From assembly GCA_026026165.1 (NCBI GenBank), contig JAPEUD010000033.1:62001-126000 (forward strand): DNA of 64,000 bases, in the 5' to 3' direction. The position numbers and the translations under genes were made by a program. Positions 40,582-52,544 of the stretch are shown here, piece by piece. This DNA comes from Sarea resinae (Eukaryota). Under the pieces are notes generated by a model, which did no database searches, was not told the DNA's origin, and worked only from the letters and a program-made list of their open reading frames with translations. The stretch's first letter is position 1. Every line of letters starts with the position of its first letter.

Positions 40582-41722
40582 TCAATCCGGTGGATTCCAC
40601 ATTCGGTAGCCATTCCCAACGACCCATTTCTGCCCAAGCAAGTCAATCTCCCATATGGGTGGCTCGATCTTGATCCTGCTGTTCTTTGCCGCTGAGTCAC
40701 CCAGCTTTTTCAGAGCTCCATCTCCAGATCCCGGGAGAATGACTCTCTGTGGACCCCTGCGTGTCTGCCCTTGTACGATGGCCAAGTGACGCCCTACGGC
40801 GACTTTCTCCACGAGAAGATCCGTCGCAATGCCAGCCTCATCTCTAAGCTCGTTATTCGGTGGTTGAGAGGCCTGTATTGCCCAATGCCGAACTTGATCT
40901 GCCAAACCGCCAGGGACATAGCGGTTTCCCCTACGGCTGGGAGAAAAGACTTCGGACACAGTGGTCTCCATGGTTCCAGCATCGTCGCCGAGATTAGAGG
41001 GAGTGGAGCGGAAGAGCGCGGGACTTACGGGTGCCGCAAAGGGTCCGCCTTGCGAGCTTGGCGGTGGACCAGCAAAGAGAAATCGTCGGGGGTTCCTTGG
41101 AGTGGTCACATCAGGAGCCGGCCGTGTCGACGCAGAGCGCCGTGCTGGGGAATTGGGAGACCTGATAATATCAACACCAGTAGATAAGTCTCTTCGAGAT
41201 GCGTTTTGTAAAGGAGTGTTCGTAGCGTCGTCGATAGGCTCGGCATGATGCGCCATCGAGCCAAACAGTCGTGGACGTTTGTGGGGGGGTTGAGGAAGAC
41301 CGAATCGATCTCCGTCATCGTCGAAATCACTTAGTGGGGAGGCTGGCACTTCTTGGCAATCGTCGTCCGAGACTGACTCAATAGCTTCCCGCTGATCGCC
41401 TACATTATATGCCCTGCGTATGCGAGAAGGTAGAGGGGAAGATGCTAGAGGTGCTGGGACAGGGCGCTCGACCCGAGGACTCCGGATGGAAGCCGAGAAC
41501 CTTGGGGTAGGCACAAATTGCGATGCATGATTCGAGCGTCCTGCTGACTCTTTTTCTCGCTGTTCATGATTTGATGGAACGAGATTCGATGGACGACTTG
41601 AACCTGAATCGGTGATGATGAAGCGACGAGACGATGGTGTCTGTAGGTATCGCGGGCTTTTAGCAAGAGCGACTTAAGCACACGATGGCTACGAGTCCTC
41701 CTACCTCGAAACCCGGAGGCAT
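40582..41722 (-). CDS. Hypothetical protein: long disordered N-terminus plus small beta-rich C-terminal domain (possibly SPIDR/DUF4502-like)
   Basis: The 310-codon ORF extends upstream in frame to an acceptor at about 41641. First exon ATGCCTCCGGGTTTCGAG|GTAGGA. C-terminal YVPGGLADQVRHW...IKIEPPIWEIDLLGQKWVVG looks like a folded domain. Confidence 0.75.
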
Positions 41723-42225
41723 TCTCAGTCAATATCTAACCCAGTGGTGGCGGCATTGTGTGTTTGGGGATGCAGACTGGGATCGTCTCGGGAGGCAGGT
41801 TTGGCCTTGTTGTTGTGCATCATGAGGTATGAAGTACCAGGGCCTCAAGCTTGGACATGTCACCGCCTTTCCAGGCATCGGCAGAATCAGTGCGAGTCTC
41901 TTTACCTCTTTACCCCGCCAAACACACTCCCAGCTCCGGCTCTCGGCCAGCTGGCTTGAGTAGCGAGGAAGTCTCAGCGCCGACACGCAATAGTCCCCTA
42001 ATGAAAGCAAGGAGAATGTCACGATTGATAGAAAATTCGTTTCATTTCGATCCCCGATGAATCATCTACAGTACAAAACTACAGTCCATGAGCGTGAATT
42101 TCAGAGGGTCATAAAAGTCGTCTGCTGCTTTGCCGCATGTTGTCGTAAAAATAGCGCTACTGTAGTTCCCGCGGACGCCCGGAAATCGAACCCCAAGAGA
42201 TGGGAAACCAGTCCACTCATCCGCA

Positions 42226-45200
42226 TCAGACGCCTCGGAACTGGATCAAACAATCAGCAAGAAGCAGCGGGGCGAGCGAAGTGTTTGTACTTACTAATCG
42301 AACGATCAAGAACCACATTGCCCCCACAAACCTAAAAGCAGACAGTGCGGCCACACTCCACAGGACAACGGCCATGTAGATCGTGGCATTGCGATCGGAA
42401 TCAGTCTTCTTGTCAATGTTTTCCAATCCGGCAGTTCGCAAAACGGCAGCCGCTAAAGCAAGGTTGCAAAACATCCATACAAGCACGACCGCACTTCGAA
42501 AACCTTTGTAGTAATCCTCTTGATGTTCGGCTTCAGAGACTACCCGCTTTTCCTTTGGAGCCTTGGCGGCAAACATGCGCATCTCATTCTCATATTGCAT
42601 GTTGAGGTCTCCATCGTCTTGCGGGATCTCCACATCGACTTTACCGCCAGGTTTTAGAGTTGCCGTCGGGAGTTTTTCCGGCTTATCATCACCCTTGGTA
42701 CCCCATGTAATGTCGTGGGTATTACAGAAGGCGTAGACATTGAGGATGTTGATATAGGTCGGGGTCAACAGAAGATATTGTATGAACTAATCCCAATGGG
42801 TCAGCTCGGTTTAATTCGCCCTTCAAAACTTGCATTGCACTTACGCAGGTGAACATGTGCCAGGGATCAAACATTAAGAATGACACGACAAACCACAGGA
42901 CATATGTGGAGGCCATCGAGACCATCAAAGTCAAGAAAAGTTTGTTAGTGAACAGTTCTGAGAATGTGAACTTTTTCTCCTTGACTTGTTGCTCTATCGA
43001 ACGGACAGTGATATAGATCGAAGCGAACATCAGATATCTGCAGCAACGTGAGTGGCGAGAATTGACATCAGCAGCATTGTTCACTTACATCATGATGCAA
43101 GCCCAGAAATAGACTTGTGTCATATAGAGTTTATTGGACCCCTGAGGACGGTTTCCCAGCGCCAGGACGAAGCAAGTGAGTAGAATAGCTAGATAAAGCC
43201 ATTCAAAGACAATCCCGAGGATCTTCCCTGTTGTGCCGAGCATGTCTTTATCTCCTAGGTAGGTGGTCAAGATATGAAAGACGAGGAAAAAGTTACCCTA
43301 AACGCATGCCATTAGAGTTTGGACCTAAACACATGAGCGGAGACTCGGATGGAGCAAGACTCACGATTGCAAACCAAGCAAACAACATGTTGATGGTTTG
43401 ATAAGTGAACTCGACAAAGAACATGATCTTTCTGAGGAAAGAATGATCGGTACGCAAGACTTGGTAGGCATGCGCCAGGGCGTAGATTGCTGCGAAAAAG
43501 CTTCCGTTGAGCCATCTACGTCGTTGCAAGATGAAGTCGGCCATCTCTGTTGGCACGTCTGTTTCTCCATTCGAGGACTTGACGTATTGTAAGATCCAAT
43601 GGCAATTTCTCTTGGCGACCAGCTCGAAACAGAGAATGCGATCCTCGGCCAAGTACATGTTAGCTGTGAAGATGCCTGCATTAGCACCGTGCATCGTTTC
43701 TCCGGCAAAATATTTCTGCAAAGGCCCATTCCCGGTCTTGTCATTCTGCAGTGCAATATATCGGTACGCCGAGAAGGCTCCCGGAAGCACAGAGATGAAA
43801 CCAAAAGCGGACTCCAAAGGCTTGTCCAAGATGTTACTCATCTTATACTCGAAATTCTGAGTTGCGACGAGAGGATTCAAGAGCTTCTTTCCGTGATCTA
43901 ACATCGCTTTGATTTCGCCACAGGCTCCTGCGCACATGGGCTCAAGATCGAAAGCCTTCCAAAGATGATAAATGGAATCCTTGCCCGGCTTCGTCCCAGC
44001 ATCAATCAGAACACAGACGTTAGGATTGAGAACGCTTCCAAATGCTTGGAAAAACCATCGGTGGGAATTGATTTTCTTTTGGTTCTTTTCCTTGAGGCAG
44101 AATAGCATTTGAACCGGAGTAGCGCCCTTAGGCTTTAGCTGGACCACGCCCTTCTTCAGTTCAAGCCCAACCTGAGTAGTGTACTGTATCGCATTAGTCG
44201 ACGCTAAGATATTTGGGTCTTCAGACTTACCTCGTAGAGATGTGCCGTCACATCTTTCCCGTTAACCTGCTGCTTGGCAATTCCATCTTGATAAACACCA
44301 AGACCAGCTAGAACAGCCCTCGTCCGGGGGTTGATCTTAGCACGTCCGTCGCTGACGACGCATACAACAATCTTCTTCCAAGCCTCCTTACCCCACGTCT
44401 TGCTGCTAGTCCTTGAGCACATGTGCTCGATATTCTTAAAGACCCCAATCATTGTACGGGCAAACAAAACATCGTCTTCGTTGTACATGGTGACGACGAT
44501 GAACAGCTCGGTATGCCTTGGCTTGGCAAAGAGTCGCTGACGAAGAGTGAAGCGCTCCTCAAAGAACATAGCGGGATCACATGTCGCAGCAGAGTAGCGC
44601 ATATGTGTGAACTCGTCACGTTCTGGAGGCTCGGCATGCGGAACTTGACTAAGAAGGCTGGGTGGAATTGGACAGTCCAGTACAAGGTTTCCGTTAAATA
44701 GCTGCACCTCCTTGACAGTCTTCCATCTTCTGATGGGGGCTGGGCTAGGTGTCCCTTGGATCGTGGACCCTTCATCGTATTGCACCTCCTCAAAATTATC
44801 TCGTTCATGTGGATCGGGACCGAAGGAGTTGCCGTGCTGAAGAATAGGCTCCTGATCGTTGTCCTGATAATACTGTGAGTGCTCCTGAGAAGGGTAGTTG
44901 GTGAGCGGTACTTCTTCCTGGATCGAAGGCTCATAGGACTGGGTATAATAAGCATCGTGGTGCTCCTCGGGGGAGATAGCGTAGGCCTGAGCGCTTGGTT
45001 GTACATGTTGTTGCGGCGTGGGATAATGCGATTCGTAATCTTGATTATGACCGTAAGAGTTATTTATATTTTCGACCGAGTACTAATTTCCCAAAGATTA
45101 GCATCTCCGTTTTCAGCGCGAACAGCGGCTTGAAGTCTACTGCTGCCACCGAGTCGACTATCGTGCATCAAGGATGGCTCGGTACTTCACTGACCGTAGG

Positions 45201-45705
45201 TTGCGCCAGTAATCGATCTCCTGGCGTGCCTGGTCCAGGTCCCACTGGTATCTCCAATGGAGTCAAAGATGAGCCAGGTGTCTCATGGTAAGGGGCGTCT
45301 TCCAACTGATATCCGCCATGGGGATGTGCTGGAGACTGCGTTCGGACAGCTGGATGTTGCGAGTCGATCGCTGGAGGGTAGTCCTCATCATGGCTAGGGC
45401 CAGCAAAGTCTAGAATGGAATAAAATCATTAGTTCTATTTCCTAGATACAGCATCATTATATTCGTATTCGCTTTGAGCTGCACAGGATTAAATAGAATC
45501 ATGGGAAAGAAGGCTCAATATGAGTAAGACTCCTCGGGACAGGCACTGTGCTATCATGGCCTCGAAGCAACCCAAGAATAGGAAACGAAACAACCTCTAG
45601 AATCGGACTTCTCCAGCATGGTTCCGGCAGCGAGCGCCTCTGTCGCAAATGCTCGAACGAGAGGAGATGAAAGATTCAAGACATACCCAGACGATTATAA
45701 GACAT
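42226..45705 (-). CDS. Chitin synthase, division 1, probably class I, multi-exon
   Basis: First exon [95 protein letters not shown]-terminal FRGV. Confidence 0.95.
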
Positions 45706-47539
45706 GATGGCGGGGTCTAACCCCTCGGGCTGGGGAATGAGCGCCGAAAGTAAGGATGCAAGATGCGGCCGACAACCGAGGAATGCTCAAGCTTAATGTT
45801 GAACTGCCGGCGACCCCCAAAAGCGAGCAAATAGGATAGAAAAGAGGAGGGGGAAGCGGAGTCCCGAGGAATGCGCCGCGGGTAGAGAGGTAGAGGCGGA
45901 GATGGATGCAGAGGCGACAGATGCGTTTCAGGTCGAATAGGTTTCTGATCTTCTGATTCAAAGAAGGTCGCCGAGTAGAAGGCAAGGAATGAGTCGAGGA
46001 AGAGTCTGGGTAGGAACACCTTTCCGACTCGTTTGGCGCGATCAGAGCTATATCATCAAGATCCAAGGTCTCATGTTCTGAGGTCCGAGAATATGGAGGG
46101 CCGATGCAGAAGTACAGAAGTGCAGAAGTGCAGAAGTGCGAAGAGGCGCCGCGGTTGGTGGTAGAGTGGAGTGTTGTGGTTGGTGATATGGGATTGCGAC
46201 GATGATGATGATCAGGGTTCGCTGTGGATGTCAGAGGGCTGTGTCAACTAAGGCTCGTGAAACAAAACACGTTGGGGCTAAGATTAGCACTATCGGTACC
46301 GGTACATGGATGGCTGCGGAGATTCTGTCGCATAGAAGGTAGATGTTCCTCAGACACTGCCTGGGAGCTTCGAGCAAAGGGTCTCAGGTCCAGCGAGCAG
46401 GGTCTACAGCGACATGAGAGGTAGCTGCTTCGTACCTGGAGGACCAAGTGACTTGGACTCTCCCGTCTCCGAGGCGACAAACCTGCAGACTTTAGTCGTA
46501 GCCTTGAGTATCCCCGACTTAGCCTCTACTACGTAGTACTCGACGTCGATGTTGCCCGGTCAGCGATTCATGCGCCACGCACCGTACTACCGAGCACAGC
46601 GGTAAAGGTGGGGTCGTGCGAGCTCAGCCACGGCCGGGCTCACTGTATCTTAACTAAGCCAACTACCTACCTAGGTAAGTAGGTAAGGTAATTCTCGAAT
46701 ATAACAGAGTATCAGGTGTGCAGTCGCAATTCGATATAGCAGTTCGATTGGAACCCTCGTGTCGATGCACTTCATACACAACAATGGAAAGATTGCCCAC
46801 TCATCAATAACATCAACATGGTAACCATCGTTGGTGTGGTCCTTTCAGGTCGCTCCTTCTTCTACGGTACCGAAAGTGATACGCGTTCCTTACGAGACGG
46901 TTCCACTTTTCCACAAACAGAACGCCGGGCCAGCTTCATCAAGATGGCCATGCTGCTGTGAATCAAATGCGCGCCTGCCTCTCTCAGCTCATTTTCTGAC
47001 TCTTCATGGTCGCAGTTCTGCGATGATCAAGATCTTTGGTGTTTTCTTTGAAGTGAGATGGTGGACGTGGACGTTGAGTGGATAAGGGCAGGCTTAGGTA
47101 AGGTAGGGTACGACTATGCTAAAGTTCTACTGTGTATGGCACTACTATGAGGACTCGTAGATGCCGCTCACCACTCAGTCCAAAGTAAGGACTGTGTACG
47201 AAGCTCCAGCTGCCTTGGAGCCAACCCGAAAAAGACCCTGGTGCGCTGACGGGAGCGATCCACTCTGATCTCATCGATGTAGGGGCGGCGTCCCAATGTC
47301 GATCTCCGACGATCAAATGCCGGTCGTCTGAGTGATGCCTTTGATGCCACAGACAAAAGCTCCGTAGATCCATCTGTGACCAAAGGCTGCACTCCTGCGC
47401 AATCGATGATTGATTCTGCAACCATTGATATCCACCCCTCTCAAAATCCACTGAGCGGAGCCAACGGCCCGTTCCTTGGAACGAGATTGCGCTACTAAAG
47501 ACCTCTTGTTGGCCACTTTTCGTTTCCGGGTTCTATCTC

Positions 47540-48142
47540 TCACACTACAGCGCTTCTCAAGTCTTGACAGACGCTCAGAACATGTTCGTATATCAGCCGT
47601 GCTGCGATTGCGGGCTCGAGGTTGGTGACGTCGAGTTCCAATTGCAGCGGATGGTTGCTGAAGCGATGCACTTCAGCGTTGTCCCTGAAGTGACTGAGCA
47701 GAGCCACATCTGTAACTTTGCCCAGTAGCGTGCGCTCCTCAGACACGTAGCGGCGAAGATTCTCCGGCGTAGAACATTGAACGATGACGGGAATGAAATC
47801 GCAGCCTCGACGCAGGGCTGTGGATTCGTACTCTGCCACCACCGAGGTCCCCAGAGCATCACTCGACTGGTAGTCGGTGAAGACATACATCGACCTCATG
47901 GTATCGGCCGACTGTACGAGAGTGTCGAAAACAGCCTCTCGGATCTTACGCCTCAGGGCCTGGTAGTCGCTACTGGTGCGGGGAAGCACTGCACCGGCCG
48001 GATCTATCAAGAGGTGGTTGTGCACAAGCCTGGCCTCGAAAGCATCGAGCAGGCCGACGAGGATGCGCGCGATGGTGCGCTTGCCGGCACCCGGGTAGCC
48101 GTTGATATGGATGATCGGGAAAGGCTTGCTGGTCTTCATCAT
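47540..48142 (-). CDS. Intronless P-loop NTPase / small-molecule kinase-like protein (AAA_33, shikimate-kinase or chloramphenicol-phosphotransferase-like fold)
   Basis: IIHINGYPGAGKRTIA Walker-A-like; HNHLLID; YVFTD; CSTPENLRR..ER lid-like motif; LELDVT. About 200 aa in a single exon. Confidence 0.8.
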   Translation of the reverse strand: MMKTSKPFPIIHINGYPGAGKRTIARILVGLLDAFEARLVHNHLLIDPAGAVLPRTSSDYQALRRKIREAVFDTLVQSADTMRSMYVFTDYQSSDALGTSVVAEYESTALRRGCDFIPVIVQCSTPENLRRYVSEERTLLGKVTDVALLSHFRDNAEVHRFSNHPLQLELDVTNLEPAIAARLIYEHVLSVCQDLRSAVV

Positions 48143-48871
48143 GCCGTCCACTCGCTGTCACCGCTGAGATCTGGTCCCCCAGCTCAGTGTCGTAGGAGGG
48201 CGGACGGTAGAGGACGGTAACCAAGCTGGACTTCATACAGACAATAGAAGCGAGCAAGCCTGAAGACGGGACCCGAGTCAGCGAGCGGACTGATGTAATC
48301 ATCCCTGTGGAGGCCTGAGCCTTATCTAGAGTATCTTATGAGTACCTGCACCAACCATCAACAACCCCTTGCCAATCCCCGTCTCCCAACACCACTTCAC
48401 ATAGGAGAATTCCTGCCCCCCCGCAATTGGATTCCCATATCCGATATGCTCGTATTTATACCATGCCAGGATCCTCACAGGGATGCTACCCCAGACGTGG
48501 GCTTCACCTCGGTCTTCGGTCCGGGAGGCTTAGCTCCACAGACTATCTGGCTCCAGTCATTGGAGCAATCGAGTTCTAGAGGCTCGGTGGCGTGCGGGGC
48601 ACCTCCTCGATGGACGAAGCTCTATCCACTTCTGTCGACGTGTCCCGGGTCGACGACCTCTTCGGAGAAGAAGCCGAAGGTATTCGGGGCCATAAGCGTA
48701 GCGTCATGGCCATGTGGATCGACACCCCCCTTGTACAGCACTGTTTGATTTCTATTTAGTCCCCCTCTGTCGGCTTCAATGATGTCGAAGCTTGCGATTA
48801 GCACCTGCATTGTCCTGGGGGAAAACGCGTTTCATCAGAAAAGGACACCACTGTGCCTCATCTAAGGCACG

Positions 48872-50880
48872 ATGACCATGTCTTATCCTCTTTTGACGGC
48901 TTTCGTCGCTGTGTTTACATATGGCATCTACTATGTGCTACAACTTGGCAAACGGGACCCGCGCTTCCCCAAAGGGCCTCCAACGCTACCCATTCTAGGG
49001 AACATGCATCAGATAAAGGCGACCGGCATTCATAGCCAGTGAGCAAATTGAATATTTTGGGACGTCAGAGCTGCCCAGGTCTCTAACAGCAGCCTCATAG
49101 GTTCAAGGGTTGGGGCGAACAATATGGGGGCGTCTTCTCTCTTAAATTTGGTTCAGGCACCGCTATTGTCCTGTGCGACAGGAAGGCCATCCACGAGCTT
49201 CTCGACAAGAGAGGTGTCATCTACTCCGAGAGACCAGATAGCTACGTTGCGAATATCGTGACTGGAGGTGACCACATGAATTCTTCGAGCATTGGCCCGC
49301 TCTTCAAGGTAAAGCGCAAGGTCGCCACACACAATTTCTCGCCGCGCATGCTTGACACAAAGCATGTCTACGTCCAGGAGGCTGAGTAAGTGTCCATGAG
49401 CAGGAAATTAGTTGAGCGGTTTTCTGATTTTCATCATATCTGATTTTGCCTCTGCGCAGGGCGAATGTGTTACTGAATGACCTTTTATCATCCCCCAATG
49501 GCATGTTCGATCACGTCCGCCGTTACACAGCATCGGTTGCATCCATTCTCACATGGGGGCACCGGGCCCCAACTTTTGACAGCTGGTGGGGTCACGTAAG
49601 TTTCTGGCGAGTTCCTCGAATTCTGTCCGTCAAGATGCTGATGGAAAACAGACAGTATTTGATATTCTTCACGGCGTAATCCTCCCCTTCACGTACCTGT
49701 GTGTACATGGATTGACTCTTAATGATTATCGTAGTTGCTAGAATCGATGGAGCCAGGTGCAAATCCTCCGGTCGATGCGTATAAATTTCTGCAATACGCC
49801 CCACTGCGATTCAGTTTCTGGAAAAGGCGCGCTTGGGCCGCTCGCAAAGTCATCGATGACACCTGGACCCAAGCGCGAGCTATCGCAGATGCCCGAAGAG
49901 CAAAGGGTCAGAAGCGGGACTGCATCGCCGATCGCCTGCTCGATGAGTATGAGACGGAGGGCTGGCCTATGTCACAACGTCAATTCAACAACCTCCTAGG
50001 AGAACTTGTCGAGGCTGGAGCTGACACGACTGCGGCACAAGTCTTGACTCTGATTCTCGCATTCGCAAAACATCCCCATGTGGTTAAGAAAGCTCAACAA
50101 GAGATTGACGCAGTCTGTGGCCCTGACACAGCTCCGACTTGGTCCAATTTCAAGGATCTCCCTTATATCAACTGCATCGTCAAAGAGGGGCTCAGGTGGA
50201 GGCCGTCGTAAGTCTCCATCCTTCTTGAGAGTGGTATGAAGCTAAATCACAGTCGCAGCGCTACCACTGCGCTACCGCATAGGGTTCGACAAGGTTAGTA
50301 TCCGATATATCAAAGGCTTTCTGAGGTAGATGCTGACCACGGTAATCTAGACGATATATACGAGGGAATGCTCATCCCAAAAGATGCAACAGTCTTTATT
50401 CCTGTGTGGGCATTACATTTTAGCGAAAAGTTATACCCGGATCCGGAAGTCTTTGACCCTGATCGATTCCTCAACCACCCGAGGCTGGCCAACGACTACG
50501 CAGGTAGTGCCGACTGGGAAGAAAGAGATCACTACGCATATGGTAAGTGTCCGGTCCCATTCTCGACGTGCTTATGCGGCTTGCTGAAGAAAGGCGGATA
50601 TCCTACAGGCGCCGGCCGTCGTATCTGTCCTGGCATACATTTCGCCGAACGGAACCAATGGAGGATTGCGGCTAAGATACTGTGGGCATTTGACATTCTC
50701 GAGCCTCTGGACCCTGAAACCGGGGAGATTGTCCCTCTGGATACGCTCAACTACGCTGAAGGGCTTTTGACGGCCCCGCTGCCGTTTCAAGTGCGATTGA
50801 TACCTCGAAGCCCGGCGCACGAGGCGGCGATCAAGCGCGAACTTGATGGGGCGCTGCAATACCTATCACCCTGGGAATGA
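48872..50880 (+). CDS. Cytochrome P450 (resembles PatH/PatI-type CYP619 / CYP530-clan aromatic hydroxylases), about 8 exons
   Basis: N-terminal membrane anchor plus PKGPPTLPILGN; I-helix EAGADTT; ExxR (KEGLRWRP); FDPDRF; heme motif HYAYG|AGRRICPG. Includes a 24-nt exon (TVFDILHG). Family assignment is from recalled similarity only. Confidence 0.92.
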
Positions 50881-51718
50881 GGCGAAGAAAGGATTTGGAA
50901 GCTTGGTAATTAGATTCACAGCCTAGGTGGCTAGAAGCTGCAACTAGAGCTCTATATATCGATGGTGGAAGGAATGATCTGTCCAGTTGCGCACTGCGTA
51001 CTCGGAGTACTTATCGATACCATTGTCCTGCATGCAAGCATATATACTAGAGTACATACTACGTATAAATCTTGAGCGGGAACGAACGAATGTGGGGAAA
51101 GTCCCCGCACTAAGGCGAGGCGAGGCGAGGAGAGGCCCCCGGGATCTGGACCTCGCCCCGGACCCCGGTCGGACATCAGCCCAGTGTTTACTCGGTACCC
51201 CGCATGATAGAGTAGAGTAAGAGTAGAGTGCAGAGTAAGGCACGGAGTTAGGGAGAGATGATTGATCCATTTCCAGCTAGTCTGCGGGAGAGCATTGAGT
51301 GCAGAGATCGTCAACCAACTCCATCGAGTATCTCCATAAATCCATACTACGAAGTAGTATTTGCATGAGGACATTGGACCGAGCGACTAGGGTTGAGGGG
51401 CGGACCATGAATGACGTCCCTCCCTCCGTCCCTCCGTCCCTCTCTGCTATCTATTGAATGATCCTCCCTCCCCACCACGCGACGAGACACGGATGAGACG
51501 AGCCGTTGGAATCTTTTATTTCAGAGAATTGCATTGCATCGATTTACGACCACCACGACAAGAAATCAAGCACCTGCTTCCGGGCCATCTATTCTGCCGA
51601 CCTACCCGTCTCTCCCCACCCTCCCTCCCGCCCTCCCAAAAAGAAAAAGAGCAGAAATAACCAGAAGGACTACTATCCCCTTTCCCTATTCGAAAAGCAG
51701 ACACAGACACTCCCCGCC

Positions 51719-52013
51719 ATGTCAACGGCTCTTCAAAACGACACCTCCGGCAGCGGCAGCGGCGGCGGGGCCCCCTCCTCTTCTGACTCGCCATCGCCCG
51801 TCGTCCTGATGGCGCTGATCACCAAGAAGCAAGGACTGTCGTGGGACGAGTTCAGCGATTATTGGAAGAATCGGCATCGCCAGCTCGTGTCGCCTTGGCT
51901 GGAGAGGCGGGGCGTTCTGAAATATCGGCAGGTGAGTAGGGAGTAGCGTGGGTGTGTGAGGGGAGAGGGGGATGTGATGGAGAGATGTAGAGATATAGAG
52001 GGAGAGATATAGA

Positions 52014-52046
<33 letters not shown>

Positions 52047-52544
52047 GGAGGGGAGCTGGTTTTGCTGTCGTCCTTCTCCCTCCCCCTCTCGCCCTCCCTC
52101 TTGCTCGCTTTGCCTCACCATCCATCCATTTTCCTCTTTCCCCTTTCCCTTAATATCATCACGCACGCCTAGAACACCTCCCCCCCTCTTTCCCGCCCTT
52201 CTCATCCCCTACCCCCAAATCCACCAAACCCACTAACACCCCCACCCACCACACAGATCCACCTCAGCCCCACCGCCTCGACCCTCATCAACGGCCCCAG
52301 CTCCAGCAGCGGCGCCCTCGACGGCTCCGCCACCAACCCCTCCGGCGGCGTGCCCATCCTCCCCTACGACGGCATCCTCGAGCTCGAGCTGGCCTCCTAC
52401 CAGACCTGGGCCGACATGCTGCAGGACCCGTACTACACCGACGTCGTCGTGCACGACGAGCGCAAGTTCTTTGACGCGACGAAGATTGTCATGGGTCTTG
52501 GCTTTGGCGTCGTTGGGGTCGAGGGTGGGAGGGCCGTTGTTTGA
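51719..52544 (+). CDS. EthD-family (dimeric alpha/beta barrel) protein, 2 exons
   Basis: LITKKQGLSWDEFSDYWKNRHRQLV...KYRQ|IH...YDGILEL...DPYYTDVVVHDERKFFD matches the EthD pattern. Intron at 51932-52256. Confidence 0.85.

Noticed and set aside
42171..42224. tRNA-like element on the minus strand just after the chitin synthase stop (GCGGATG...GGTTCGATT...CGTCCGC)
   Set aside because: It has a 7-bp closing stem and a TTCGA loop but is only 54 nt, with a mismatched T-stem and no room for D and anticodon arms. At most a 3'-UTR hairpin.
47119..47543. Overlapping minus-strand ORFs downstream of the kinase-like gene
   Set aside because: Three frames give short unrelated peptides with no recognisable family. 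A relic cannot be excluded without BLASTx.
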